In this document: piece by piece, positions 1 to 9,737 of the stretch
Layout: every line of letters starts with the position of its first letter
Position numbering within the stretch: the stretch's first letter is position 1
Source: Bacillota bacterium
GTDB lineage: Bacteria > Bacillota > Negativicutes > Sporomusales > CTSoil-080
Reading direction: 5' to 3'
Length of the DNA stretch: 64,000 nucleotides
Assembly (NCBI GenBank): GCA_017889725.1
Contig: JAGGAE010000001.1
Coordinates: 46,692 to 110,691 of the forward strand
Translations under genes and position numbers: made by a program
The notes under the pieces: generated by a model
The model's input: only the letters and a program-made list of their open reading frames with translations
What the model was told of the DNA's origin: nothing
The model's database searches: none

Positions 1-771
1 AAAAAAACATATAAACTCCAGGTGCCGCTTGTTGGGGTGATGACCGATTTTTCCGTGCATCCTCTATGGGTAAGTCGTGAGGTAACTTCTTATTTTGTAG
101 CTACCAAGGCTATGCGGCAAGAACTGATAACACAGGGAATAGCTCCGTGGCGGATTCACGCAACCGGTATTCCTATCCAGCCAAGTTTTAGTGAAGTTGT
201 GGATGGAAAGAAGGTTAGGAAAGAGTTGGGGCTAGACCCCTCGTTATCTACGGTGCTTTTTATGGGAGGTGGCCTAGGGCTGGGGCCGATAGATGAGGCG
301 GTAAAAGCGATAAGTCAGATAAGCCGCCTGCAAATGATTGTAGTGGCCGGAAAAAATGAGGCTCTGAAAAAAAGACTTGATATAGTGGCGCGGTTTTCAG
401 ACCAGCGAATGGCGGTGGTTGGCTATACCAAACGCATCGGAGAACTTATGGCTGCCGCCGATGTGCTAGTGACAAAACCCGGGGCGCTTACCCTTAGTGA
501 AGCCATGGCTTGTGGTTTGCCAATGGTGCTTTACAGCACCCTCCCTGGTCAGGAAATGGAGAATGCCAGCTTCTGCGTGAACCACGGGGCGGCAGTGCAG
601 GTAGAGGATATGGAGGCTTTGCCGGGGGTAATAAGCCATTTGTTACGTAGACCGGAAAAGCTGGCCGCCTTGAAGCGAAGCTCTGAAGCACTAGGACGAA
701 AGGATTCGGCGGATAGCGTTGCTAAAGTCATCTATGAACTAATGAAAACCCGGCTAGTTGCCGGTGTTTAG
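1..771 (+). CDS. Glycosyltransferase family 28 (MGDG / diglucosyl-diacylglycerol synthase, UgtP-like), C-terminal part; the 5' end lies outside the window
   Basis: The frame is open from base 1 (KKTYKLQVPLVGVMTDF...). GT28 C-terminal pattern: LFMGGGLGLG ... VTKPGALTLSEAMACGLPMV ... PGQEMENA. Confidence 0.7.
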   Translation, partial: KKTYKLQVPLVGVMTDFSVHPLWVSREVTSYFVATKAMRQELITQGIAPWRIHATGIPIQPSFSEVVDGKKVRKELGLDPSLSTVLFMGGGLGLGPIDEAVKAISQISRLQMIVVAGKNEALKKRLDIVARFSDQRMAVVGYTKRIGELMAAADVLVTKPGALTLSEAMACGLPMVLYSTLPGQEMENASFCVNHGAAVQVEDMEALPGVISHLLRRPEKLAALKRSSEALGRKDSADSVAKVIYELMKTRLVAGV

Positions 772-775
772 GTAG

Positions 776-1516
776 ATGGGCGAAAAGGTGGGAAGGACGA
801 TGGGGCTTCATATCGTAAATTCCAGTCTTTTAATAGGCGGAGGCCTTAAACTTTTGTTACAGCCGGCGGGTCTGTTTCAGGGATTGATAGATCGACCGGG
901 AGTGGTACATCCATTTTGTAACCGGCAGGCTCTGGTTATTCTCAGAAATGACGGTTATAAGAATATGGCCGCTTTTTTTGAGCAATACCTGCCGGAACTT
1001 AACAGAGGTGTATATTGGGCGGACGATGGATGGAAAAATGTCGGCCATTACTTAGAAGCTGGGACGAGAAAAGGACTTTGGCGGTTCCCTAATGCTATCG
1101 ACGATTTCCGGGAATATTTTGGCCGGGCGCTGCAGCATGTTCGTAGGGGGGATTGGCGGAAAGCAACCTTTTTTCTTGGGGCGGCTGCGCATTTGGTGCA
1201 AGATGTATGCGTACCTCAACATGCCTGTGGTAAACTTCTGTCAGGACATCGTCAGTATGAAGCCTGGGTAGGACAGAATTATCCGAGATTTGCCGTTAGT
1301 TCCACAGGAATATATGGAGGAAAAACGGTTGCGCACTCTTTATTGATAAAAAATGCGGAAGTTGCTGCCAATTTCTTGAGCTGGGTAGGGAAAGACGCCT
1401 CACGGGAAGCGTATTCAAAAGCGACCGCGGTGTTGTTAGAGAGGGCTCAAAGGACCACAGCCGGTCTGTTCTTACAATTTTATCAGGCAACCGGTGTGGG
1501 CGTTAAAGCGGCTTAA
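776..1516 (+). CDS. Zinc-dependent phospholipase C family protein (putative)
   Basis: The His/Asp-rich pattern AAAHLVQDVCVPQHA plus upstream W/H residues resembles Zn-PLC metal ligands. ATG 803 has the better SD (AAGGTGGGAAGG). Confidence 0.5.
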   Translation: MGEKVGRTMGLHIVNSSLLIGGGLKLLLQPAGLFQGLIDRPGVVHPFCNRQALVILRNDGYKNMAAFFEQYLPELNRGVYWADDGWKNVGHYLEAGTRKGLWRFPNAIDDFREYFGRALQHVRRGDWRKATFFLGAAAHLVQDVCVPQHACGKLLSGHRQYEAWVGQNYPRFAVSSTGIYGGKTVAHSLLIKNAEVAANFLSWVGKDASREAYSKATAVLLERAQRTTAGLFLQFYQATGVGVKAA

Positions 1517-1543
1517 TATATAGGGGGAGGTGCTTAGGCTATC

Positions 1544-3346
1544 ATGCAGTTTGTGATGGATACGATTAGTAGCGGAAAAGAAGATGATGGAAAGCAAGAT
1601 ATGCTGTTGTATGAACTAAAGAATATATTAGACAATAAAAGTATCAGAACGGTATTTCAGCCAATAGTATCTCTGACGGATGCCGCGGTTATTGGGTATG
1701 AAGCGCTTAGCCGCGGCCCGGAGGGATCGCCTTTGGAATGGCCTAATATTTTATTTAAGACCGCTAATGAGTATGAGCTTACCTGGGAACTGGAATACCT
1801 ATGCCGCTGTAAAGCGCTGGTTAAGGCGCAAGAGATGCATTTGCCGGGGATGGTATTTATCAATATAGATCCCCGTGTTATTCACGACAGCCGGTTCCAG
1901 AAGGGGTTGACTAAAGAATTTCTTGCCGAACATGGTTTGGATGCGACAAAGGTTATTTTTGAAATAACGGAAAAGACAGCGATCGAAGACTATAAAAATT
2001 TTCGTAAGGTGCTCGATATTTATACCAGCCAAGGTTATAAAATCGCCATTGACGATACTGGAGCAGGATATTCCGGGTTAAGCCTCTTAGCGCAGACTTC
2101 GCCGCATTACATTAAAATCGATATGGAACTGGTGCGTAATATTGATAAGGATGGACTGAAACAGGCCATGCTCAAAGCACTCAATGATTTTGCGGTGATG
2201 ACCAACAGCAAAATTATAGCAGAGGGAATCGAAACCATTGATGAATTGGCAACGCTGATTGATTTGGGTATTCCTTATGGTCAGGGGTATTTTTTACAAA
2301 AACCGGCTCAGGGATTTTTGGATATTACCCCGGATGCGCGTCAGTTTATTAGCAGTAGAAATGATCAAAAAAAACGGGAGTTGTTTCATACGTCTCTTAC
2401 TATTCCGATTGGTGAAATTGCCAGGCATGATCCTTGTTTTTCGCCGGAGGTGTTAGGATATAAGGCTTTGGAGTATTTTAATGCCAATCGCAATGTACAT
2501 GGAATTCCGGTAGTGAAAGACGGCAAGCCGGTAGGACTGCTTATGAAAAATAAATTTCTGGCCAACCTTGCGACCCAGTATGGGGTGGCTGTTTACATGA
2601 ACCGGACGATTGGTCTGTTGATGGACCATAAGCCGTTAATTGTAGAATATGACACACCGTTGGAGCAAGTTTCTAAATCGGCAGTAACCCGTGAAGCGGA
2701 TGATATCTATGACTACATCATTATTGTCAGAGGTGGCCAATATTATGGCATGACTACCGTTAAGCAACTTTTGATACAGACTTCCCAACTGGAGTTGAAT
2801 CGAGCGAAACACTCCAATCCGCTTACGGGTTTGCCTGGTAACATGGTGATTGAGCAAAGGCTTAAGCATTGTCTGACGGAAAATACGGAGTTTGCGGTAT
2901 TATACTTTGATTTAGATAATTTTAAGGCTTATAATGACGTTTATGGCTTTGAAAACGGTGATAAAATATTATGTGCTACGGCTGAGCTTCTTCAAAATGA
3001 GCTGCGCAGGCTAGCTGTTCCCGGAGTCTTTCTGGGCCATATTGGCGGCGATGACTTTATTGCAGTTGTTAATACTCTGGAAGTTACAGCCTTTTGTCAA
3101 GCTATCATCCGGAGTTTTGACGAAAGGATTAGGGATTTTTTTACTGAGCAGGACAAACGGCAAGGTTTTATCGTCACAAAAAATCGGCATGGTGTGGTAG
3201 AAAAATATCCTTTAACGAGTCTTTCTATAGCAGTAGTCACCAATAAGAACCGCACTTATAAGAATCCCGAAGAAATAGGGGAAGCGGCAGTTTTACTTAA
3301 AAAACATTGTAAAATGACGTGGGAAAGTTGCTTTGAAATTGCGTAG
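1544..3346 (+). CDS. c-di-GMP signalling protein, EAL - CBS pair - degenerate GGDEF (GGDDF)
   Basis: EAL motifs YEALSRGP, DDTGAGYS, EGIET and QGYF. A central CBS-like region. The C-terminal GGDEF domain has NPLTGLPGN ... HIGGDDFIAV. Confidence 0.85.
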   Translation: MQFVMDTISSGKEDDGKQDMLLYELKNILDNKSIRTVFQPIVSLTDAAVIGYEALSRGPEGSPLEWPNILFKTANEYELTWELEYLCRCKALVKAQEMHLPGMVFINIDPRVIHDSRFQKGLTKEFLAEHGLDATKVIFEITEKTAIEDYKNFRKVLDIYTSQGYKIAIDDTGAGYSGLSLLAQTSPHYIKIDMELVRNIDKDGLKQAMLKALNDFAVMTNSKIIAEGIETIDELATLIDLGIPYGQGYFLQKPAQGFLDITPDARQFISSRNDQKKRELFHTSLTIPIGEIARHDPCFSPEVLGYKALEYFNANRNVHGIPVVKDGKPVGLLMKNKFLANLATQYGVAVYMNRTIGLLMDHKPLIVEYDTPLEQVSKSAVTREADDIYDYIIIVRGGQYYGMTTVKQLLIQTSQLELNRAKHSNPLTGLPGNMVIEQRLKHCLTENTEFAVLYFDLDNFKAYNDVYGFENGDKILCATAELLQNELRRLAVPGVFLGHIGGDDFIAVVNTLEVTAFCQAIIRSFDERIRDFFTEQDKRQGFIVTKNRHGVVEKYPLTSLSIAVVTNKNRTYKNPEEIGEAAVLLKKHCKMTWESCFEIA

Positions 3347-3386
3347 TTTACTTAAATATTTATAAAACTTGCAGTGTGATTCATAT

Positions 3387-3431
3387 AACCTTAGCGAAAG
3401 TTAACGGCTTCGTTAGGGTTATTTTCATTTT
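3387..3431 (+). terminator. Rho-independent terminator after the EAL-GGDEF gene
   Basis: 12-bp stem aaccttagcgaa / ttcgttagggtt (two G-U pairs) followed by attttcatttt. Confidence 0.5.
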
Positions 3432-4177
3432 GAAATTTAGAGAATAATACGCCGGATTTTGTCTAGCAGCAGAAGGACTAAGGTCCTATAGGTGACATAA
3501 AAAAATGAGAGTACTGTCTCAAGGAATTTGCAGGAAATGACGGAATAGTAATACATGGAGAAGAAGAGAAGGATGCGAGGTAACAGAGTGAATTACAGTC
3601 AGGTAAAATATGCTATTGGCGCCATACTGGCTGCGGTAGCGTTAGTTATATTTAATTAGCAAATAGAAAAAAGACATAAACAAAAAGACGGATGTGTACG
3701 TTGGGCTAAAAAGGAGGCTATGGAGAACTTGGTTCCCTTTAGCCTTCTTTCTATTTGTACAATATAAAAGCCGTTGAAGAGCGGAGACTTTATCAAAAAC
3801 GAATGTGAAGACTACTAATCAATTTATAGGGTGAAGTAAGATTTTTGGTCGTTGGTGGATTGAGGAGGTGGTCATTAACTTTTTCCGGTCTATCCCTATT
3901 TTTACAAAATTTTAATGACTTCTTGCTGGATTTACAAAAAATAGAAGGAATTTTGTAGTAAAATGTCAAATTAATTTTCAGTACAAAATCTAATTAAAGT
4001 GATAAAGATAGCTGGTACAAATAATTAATTATATAAATTAAATTAGTTATTTGTAATTATTAATGGAATGTATTAGCTGAAATAATGAATATCGAGCGTT
4101 TGAAAAACGATCAAGGGAAATATGGATAGTATCATGTATTTTGCGGAAGAGCGCGGTGTAACCAGGGGGAAAAGGCT

Positions 4178-5761
4178 ATGAGTTTTGCTTCAAAGTATCA
4201 TAATAAACCATTTTTTAACCCTAAAACGACCCAATATGCTATGTTGGACTTTTTCTTGTTTTTTGGCGCTGTGAGTATTTATGGGATTTATCTATTTATG
4301 GATCTCCCAGCAGGCAACTATCAAGCAGCTATCCTCCTTATGCTGGTATTACTCCTCAGTGCCTATCCCAAAAGAAAAACGCCGATAGCTTATTGCTTCG
4401 TGATTCCCGCCCTTATTATTCATCACGGACTCCTTATTGCTATGCACTCCATGCCTTTTATAAAACCGGAACACATTACTCTTCTCATTTTTTTTGCCGG
4501 AGTGCTATACGCACCTTCTCTGCCTGACTTTTTCATTCCCATTCTTGCCTCGGCATCTCTTGCTTTTCATTTTGTTTTATATGACACAGAGGCGGAGGCG
4601 GCCGTGGTGGTAGGGAAAATACTCGGTGTCATTTTGTTAGCGGTCTTTGTCGTTATGTATGCCCAGGTAATACGAAGAGTAACAAAAGAACGGGATCATT
4701 TCTATCACGCCAGTATCCTAGATTCCCTTACGGGTCTGTATAATTTTACCTATATATCAGAAGTCGCCCAGCAATGGCTTGATGTTAGAAAAAATTTCAC
4801 GATATTATTTATTGATCTGGATAACTTTAAAAATATGAATGATACTTATGGACACATGGCGGGTAATCAGATGCTGATCCAGTTTGCCCGCAATCTGGAA
4901 GAAGTAGTAGATAAAAACACTGTAATCGGAAGGTTAGGCGGCGATGAATTTGTCTTACTGTTAACCGGGGATAACAAGGAACAACCGTCGGTTGAAGAGA
5001 TAGTCAAAGAGCTAAGCAGTAAAAAATATATTACGGATTCCAAGCTGATCCCCATACCTCTTGAGTTTTCTTATGGTATCGCGGAGCCGGGGGAAAAATC
5101 CACCGCTAATGTCGAAGAACTCTTCCGGTCAGCCGACAAAGCCATGTATTGCAACAAATTTTTACGAAATACCAACTGGTATTCGGAAACCGATGAAATC
5201 GGTATGGACAAGTGTTTTCAGGTGCTTATGAAAGTCTTGACGGAAAAAGATATGTATACCTATGTGCATTCCTTACATGTTGCCCAGTACAGTGCTTTAT
5301 TGGCAGAAAAGATCGGTCTATCCCCTGATAACGTTGAAGATTTTCGCCTCGCAGGATTATTGCACGACATTGGTAAATTGGCGATTCCCAGTGAAATATT
5401 GCGCAAGCCTGATAAACTGAGTGATTATGAATACGGTGTGATAAAGCACCACGTTGTAAACGGACTTAACCTATTAAAGCAAAATAACATCAGTGATATT
5501 GTCCGTGACGCTATCGCCCATCATCACGAACACTATAATGGCAATGGTTATCCCTACGGCTGCTCTGGAGAAAAAATTCCTCTTGCTGGCCGCATTTTGG
5601 CGATTGCTGATGCGTACTCGGCGATGGTGGTAAAAAGATTATATCGGGAACAAAGTTCTCGAAAGGAAGCTTTACATGAATTAACACGTAATAAAAATAT
5701 CCAGTTTGATCCGAAACTTGTCGATATCTTTCTTACTCTTTTCGATGTAGAAACGGAGTAA
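4178..5761 (+). CDS. Membrane-anchored GGDEF + HD-GYP protein (candidate bifunctional c-di-GMP synthase/phosphodiesterase)
   Basis: About 160 aa of N-terminal hydrophobic helices. GGDEF domain: SLTGLYN ... RLGGDEFVLL. HD-GYP domain: HSLHVA, LLHDIGK, HHEHYNGNGYPYG. Confidence 0.85.
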   Translation: MSFASKYHNKPFFNPKTTQYAMLDFFLFFGAVSIYGIYLFMDLPAGNYQAAILLMLVLLLSAYPKRKTPIAYCFVIPALIIHHGLLIAMHSMPFIKPEHITLLIFFAGVLYAPSLPDFFIPILASASLAFHFVLYDTEAEAAVVVGKILGVILLAVFVVMYAQVIRRVTKERDHFYHASILDSLTGLYNFTYISEVAQQWLDVRKNFTILFIDLDNFKNMNDTYGHMAGNQMLIQFARNLEEVVDKNTVIGRLGGDEFVLLLTGDNKEQPSVEEIVKELSSKKYITDSKLIPIPLEFSYGIAEPGEKSTANVEELFRSADKAMYCNKFLRNTNWYSETDEIGMDKCFQVLMKVLTEKDMYTYVHSLHVAQYSALLAEKIGLSPDNVEDFRLAGLLHDIGKLAIPSEILRKPDKLSDYEYGVIKHHVVNGLNLLKQNNISDIVRDAIAHHHEHYNGNGYPYGCSGEKIPLAGRILAIADAYSAMVVKRLYREQSSRKEALHELTRNKNIQFDPKLVDIFLTLFDVETE

Positions 5762-5812
5762 AAGTGACTTGAACTCCCTTTTACTTTCAGACCAGATTCA
5801 TTACGAAAAAAA

Positions 5813-5856
5813 GCAGCTTCAACCCCATATTATACAAGGGGTGAGGCTGCTTTTTG
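5813..5856 (+). terminator. Rho-independent terminator
   Basis: Stem gcagcttcaacccc / ggggtgaggctgc followed by a ttttt run. Confidence 0.6.
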
Positions 5857-5930
5857 CAAATCTAACAGATAGTAACATATACGGTTTGATGGGGGAGGGG
5901 CAGATGGCAGGCAAAGGTAGACAAGGGAAA

Positions 5931-5984
5931 TTAACTTAAACGTAACAATGCCTTAACACAGAGCTTGTGAAGAAAAATTATAAT
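5931..5984 (+). promoter_or_regulatory. PhoP-type Pho box array plus -10 element upstream of pstS
   Basis: Hexamers at 11-bp phasing: TTAACT-5-GTAACA-5-TTAACA-5-CTTGTG. TATAAT follows 9 nt later at 5979-5984. There is no -35 hexamer, as is usual for PhoP-activated promoters. Confidence 0.55.
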
Positions 5985-6021
5985 GATGTTGTACATAAAA
6001 ATAATTAGGGGGGCATCCTAA

Positions 6022-6882
6022 GTGAAAATTTTTAAAAAAACGAAAATCGCGGCGATTTTGTCTGCTTTAGTGTTAACAGCGGGGGTACTGGGGGGCTGCG
6101 GTAGCAGCGGCTCAGACAAACCGGCGGCGTCGGAAGATATTCAAGGCACGGTTACGGCATCCGGTTCTACAGCTCTTTTGCCACTGTTAAAACCAGCGCA
6201 GGAAGAATTCCAGAAAAAGTATAGCAAAGTTACGGTAAATATAGCCGGTGGCGGATCTTTTACCGGTATGAATCAAGTAGCCTCCGGCGCAGTCAATATC
6301 GGGAACTCCGATGTAGTTCTTCCTAGTGAGTTAAAAGATAAAGGGCTTGTAGATCATCAGGTGGCGATTGCTCCTTTTGTATTTGTTGTTAATCCTAGTG
6401 TTACGGTAGATAATCTTACTCAGCAGCAATATGTAGATATTCTTACGGGAAAGATAACTAACTGGAAAGAAGTTGGTGGCAAGGATGAGAAAATCACTCT
6501 TGTACACCGTGCAAAATCTTCCGGGTCCCGGGCGACTATTGCCGACATTGTTCTAAAAGGCGTTGCCTTTACTGACAACGCGGTTATCCAAGATTCCAAC
6601 GGCGCTGTACGGGCGGGTATCGCCAGTACTCCCGGTGCGATTGGTTACATTGATGCCGCTTATGTGGATAACACGGTAAAACCGGTAGCGTACAATGGTG
6701 TAAAGTATACTCCGGAAAATGTTTTGAACAAAACCTACCCAGTATATACATTTGAACATATGTACACCAAAGGTGAAGCTACTGGTGCGGTTAAAGCCTT
6801 TATTGAGTACGTCATGAGTAAAGATTTCCAAGAAAGCTTTGTTGAAAAGAATGGATTTTTACCTATAACGAAAATGAAATAA
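6022..6882 (+). CDS. pstS: Phosphate ABC transporter substrate-binding lipoprotein PstS
   Basis: Lipobox LTAGVLGGC. PstS-family pattern: TASGSTALLPL, GGGSFTGM, SGSRAT. Confidence 0.9.
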   Translation: MKIFKKTKIAAILSALVLTAGVLGGCGSSGSDKPAASEDIQGTVTASGSTALLPLLKPAQEEFQKKYSKVTVNIAGGGSFTGMNQVASGAVNIGNSDVVLPSELKDKGLVDHQVAIAPFVFVVNPSVTVDNLTQQQYVDILTGKITNWKEVGGKDEKITLVHRAKSSGSRATIADIVLKGVAFTDNAVIQDSNGAVRAGIASTPGAIGYIDAAYVDNTVKPVAYNGVKYTPENVLNKTYPVYTFEHMYTKGEATGAVKAFIEYVMSKDFQESFVEKNGFLPITKMK

Positions 6883-6906
6883 AACCCCCCTTCCTTCTAT
6901 GTAAAT

Positions 6907-6958
6907 AAAAATGGGTCGTCGGCATTGGTTGTTTAGCCAAAGCCGATAGCCCATTTTT
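6907..6958. terminator. Bidirectional terminator-like hairpin between convergent pstS and the MFS gene
   Basis: aaaaatggg..cggc / gccg..cccattttt, with an A-tract on one side and a T-tract on the other. The stem has an internal loop. Confidence 0.45.
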
Positions 6959-6965
6959 ATTTGGA

Positions 6966-8195
6966 TTAATGGTTGGTTGGAGTCGTAAGAGGGAACCGGC
7001 GCTGCTTGCTTACGGATCTTGTTTTTATCAACGAAGAACAGTACAAGGCGATAAAAAGCACCATAAATAGGGCTGATATACGGTACATGGTTGCATAGCT
7101 GGTACTAGCAGCTACGAGGCCTAATAATACAGTTCCGAGAGCAAAGCCTAAATCAACAAAGGATAAAAAGGTTCCATTAGCAGCTCCTAGCCGGTCGATA
7201 GGTGAGCGGTTGATAGCCCAGGCTAATAGCGATGGCTGAACGGCACCAAATCCAAGGCCGTAACATAGGGAGGCTATAATCAGGTCGTAAATGGTGTGTG
7301 TATAGGATAAGAAAAGGAGACCAATTATCATAAAGATAGTACCCGGTAAGATTATGACGGCATGCCCCTTTGTATCAAACAATTTTCCGGCATAGGGCCG
7401 ACTTATTATTACCGTTATGACAAAACCAACAAAGAATACCCATATAGTATCCAGTTGGATTTCATTTCCGAAGAGGGCAATGAAACTCATTATGCCACTA
7501 TAAATAATGGAATGAATGAAACACAGAAAGGAAGGGAATACGGCCCTTTTTTCAAATAGACTGGAAGCAAGCGAACTAAAACAAAGTTTAGATCCCGCTT
7601 TTTTTGTAGTAGAGGCTGTTAGCAAGGTTTTAAGGGAGAACATATTACCAATTAATATTAGCGTGGTAGAAGCCGTTAATGTAACTTGAAAGTTATAATT
7701 TCTCATTAGCCAAATTCCGATAGCGGCCGAAAGCGAAGTTGCAAGGATAATGGATAAGCTGTAATAGCCAGTCCCTTCTCCCCGGCGAAGGGAGGGTACA
7801 TTATCGGAAATGACAGTAGCAAGCATTGTTGAGGCTATTCCCCAGCCAATGCCGTGAAACAGCCGCAAAGTCAAAATGATATTTGTGGTAGACACGAAAA
7901 AAAACGAAATGTTTAAGAAAAACAAGAAACAAAAACCCATTATAAGTAGCGGACGCCTGCCTATTATATCGGCTGCGTTCCCTGAGAAGGAGCGAGTAAT
8001 AAGTGCGGAAATGGCAATTAGACTAAAGGAAAGACTCGCACTCAAAGCTGTTCCGCCGAGTTGGTAAATATAAAGAGGGAATGTTGGAACCAACATTTGA
8101 AAACCTAAATAGACCGAAAAATTGGCGATAATAAGAAATGTGTAATTTAAAGTCCATAATCGGGGATGTTTTTTTGTTTGGGCTGATGTGTTCAA
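6966..8195 (-). CDS. MFS transporter (probable efflux pump)
   Basis: 409 aa and about 12 hydrophobic helices. MFS loop motif GNAADIIGRRP. The TTG start lies 2 nt after the marR stop, suggesting translational coupling. Confidence 0.85.
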   Translation of the reverse strand: MNTSAQTKKHPRLWTLNYTFLIIANFSVYLGFQMLVPTFPLYIYQLGGTALSASLSFSLIAISALITRSFSGNAADIIGRRPLLIMGFCFLFFLNISFFFVSTTNIILTLRLFHGIGWGIASTMLATVISDNVPSLRRGEGTGYYSLSIILATSLSAAIGIWLMRNYNFQVTLTASTTLILIGNMFSLKTLLTASTTKKAGSKLCFSSLASSLFEKRAVFPSFLCFIHSIIYSGIMSFIALFGNEIQLDTIWVFFVGFVITVIISRPYAGKLFDTKGHAVIILPGTIFMIIGLLFLSYTHTIYDLIIASLCYGLGFGAVQPSLLAWAINRSPIDRLGAANGTFLSFVDLGFALGTVLLGLVAASTSYATMYRISALFMVLFIALYCSSLIKTRSVSKQRRFPLTTPTNH

Positions 8196-8197
8196 GG

Positions 8198-8641
8198 TTA
8201 TTCATCCTTTACTCTTGTAGAAGATTCTTTGCGCAGGTTGAAAACGAATTTATCTAAAACGCGGTCAAATATCGCAAGCTCTTCGGCGGAAATACCATTC
8301 AAAACTTGGGCTTGGAGATCCTCAATGGCTTGAAGCCAGATGGGGACAGTTTTCTTGGCTTTATCTGTTAATGCTACTTTTATTTTACGTTTGTCGTCAG
8401 GATCAGGGATTCGGGATATCCAACCCGACAGTTCCATGTTATAAAGCGATTTTGAAATACTTGGTGGTTCAATGGCCAGTTGTTCAGCAATCTTCACTTG
8501 CGTTGACTCTCCGTAAAAAAGTAGGTGAGCTATAATGGGCCATTGGCTACTTGCAAGCCCGGTACTATATATTTTTTCGAGTAATTTTTTAGCATGGGAC
8601 CTGCCTAAGATATTGATTCGATGAAAACGATAGGTTCTCAT
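8198..8641 (-). CDS. MarR family transcriptional regulator
   Basis: 147 aa. Winged-helix pattern: LASSQWPIIAHLL ... TQVKIAEQLAIEPPSISKSLYNMELSGWISRIPDPDDKRK. Confidence 0.85.
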   Translation of the reverse strand: MRTYRFHRINILGRSHAKKLLEKIYSTGLASSQWPIIAHLLFYGESTQVKIAEQLAIEPPSISKSLYNMELSGWISRIPDPDDKRKIKVALTDKAKKTVPIWLQAIEDLQAQVLNGISAEELAIFDRVLDKFVFNLRKESSTRVKDE

Positions 8642-8760
8642 ATTGCACCTCGTTAATTAGTTTCCTTACTAACTATTTTACGCCTAAATACTTGTAATGT
8701 AAATCAATCGACAAGATTTTAGGAATAGGAAGTAGTAAAGTTTAGAGCCAGCGGAAAAAT

Positions 8761-8814
8761 TTAACGTGAAATTTACAAGGCATTAACAATAATAGACGGA
8801 TAGGTCTCTATAAT
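8761..8814 (+). promoter_or_regulatory. Second PhoP-type Pho box array plus -10 element, upstream of pstC
   Basis: TTAACG-5-TTTACA-5-TTAACA-5-AGACGG, then TATAAT (8809-8814) after the same 9-nt gap as at pstS. Confidence 0.5.
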
Positions 8815-8837
8815 AAAGGTAAGAGTTTTAATAGGAG

Positions 8838-9737
8838 ATGAGCCGTTTGCCGACTATAACAATTCGTTCCCATAAGCTAAAGTTGGTGTATGATCGCTAT
8901 GTGCGTTATCTGTTGTTTGGGTGTGCGTTTTTAATGACGTTTATTATTTTATCTATTATCGTTTTTGTTGGTCAGCAAGGGTTACTTACCTTTACCCAGG
9001 TTAATCCGGCGGAGTTTTTTATGCATGCAAAATGGGACCCTGGCGAGGGGAACTTCGGGGCGCTAAGTTTTATCATAGGAACGTTACTAACAACAATTTT
9101 GGCGATATTGCTGGGAGCGCCGCTGGGGCTGGCTGGAGCCGTATTTATGGCAAAGATAGCACCGCCGTGGCTTCGGGAGGTTATGCGCCCGGCCACCGAT
9201 CTGTATGTAGCTATTCCGTCGGTGGTATATGGCTTTATTGGTTTAACCATAATTGTTCCGTTTATGCGGCAGTACCTTCACGCTGGGACAGGGTTTGGTT
9301 TACTTACTACGGCGGTGATTTTAGCGGTGATGATCCTGCCTACGATTATTAGTATTTCAGAGGATGCTCTGCGAGCGGTTCCCAGGTCGTTGGAGGAGGC
9401 TAGTCTGGCGTTGGGGGCAACAAGGTGGCAAACGGTTAGAAAGGTATTGTTGCCGGCGGCCATGCCGGGAATATTAACTTCCATTGTGCTGGCTATGGCG
9501 CGGGCGGTAGGAGAAACCATGGCGGTGCAAATGGTTATCGGCAACACGCCTCAACTGGTTACCTCCTTGTTTACTCCTACTGCAACTTTGACCAGTGAAA
9601 TTGTCATTGAAATGGGTAATACCCCTTTTGGTTCGGCGTGGGGCAATTCCTTATTTTTAATGGCATTGGTGCTGCTTTTGATGTCCTTGGCAATGATTGT
9701 AATTATCCGCAGACTGGGACAAGGGAGGATGGCCTAA
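8838..9737 (+). CDS. pstC: Phosphate ABC transporter permease PstC
   Basis: Six-TM permease with the EAA loop SEDALRAVPRSLEEASLALGATRWQT. The TTG at 8847 is an alternative start with better SD spacing. Confidence 0.9.
   Translation: MSRLPTITIRSHKLKLVYDRYVRYLLFGCAFLMTFIILSIIVFVGQQGLLTFTQVNPAEFFMHAKWDPGEGNFGALSFIIGTLLTTILAILLGAPLGLAGAVFMAKIAPPWLREVMRPATDLYVAIPSVVYGFIGLTIIVPFMRQYLHAGTGFGLLTTAVILAVMILPTIISISEDALRAVPRSLEEASLALGATRWQTVRKVLLPAAMPGILTSIVLAMARAVGETMAVQMVIGNTPQLVTSLFTPTATLTSEIVIEMGNTPFGSAWGNSLFLMALVLLLMSLAMIVIIRRLGQGRMA

Noticed and set aside
3720-3767. A 15-codon ORF directly after a perfect AAGGAGG.
   Set aside because: The SD ends only 2 nt before the ATG, which is too close. The same bases form the 5' arm of a hairpin (aaggaggcta / ttagccttctt), so the purine run is better explained structurally.
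5904-5939. An 11-codon ORF after GGGGGAGGGG upstream of pstS.
   Set aside because: The SD-to-ATG spacing is 3 nt. The ORF overlaps the Pho-box array and gives no support for coding.
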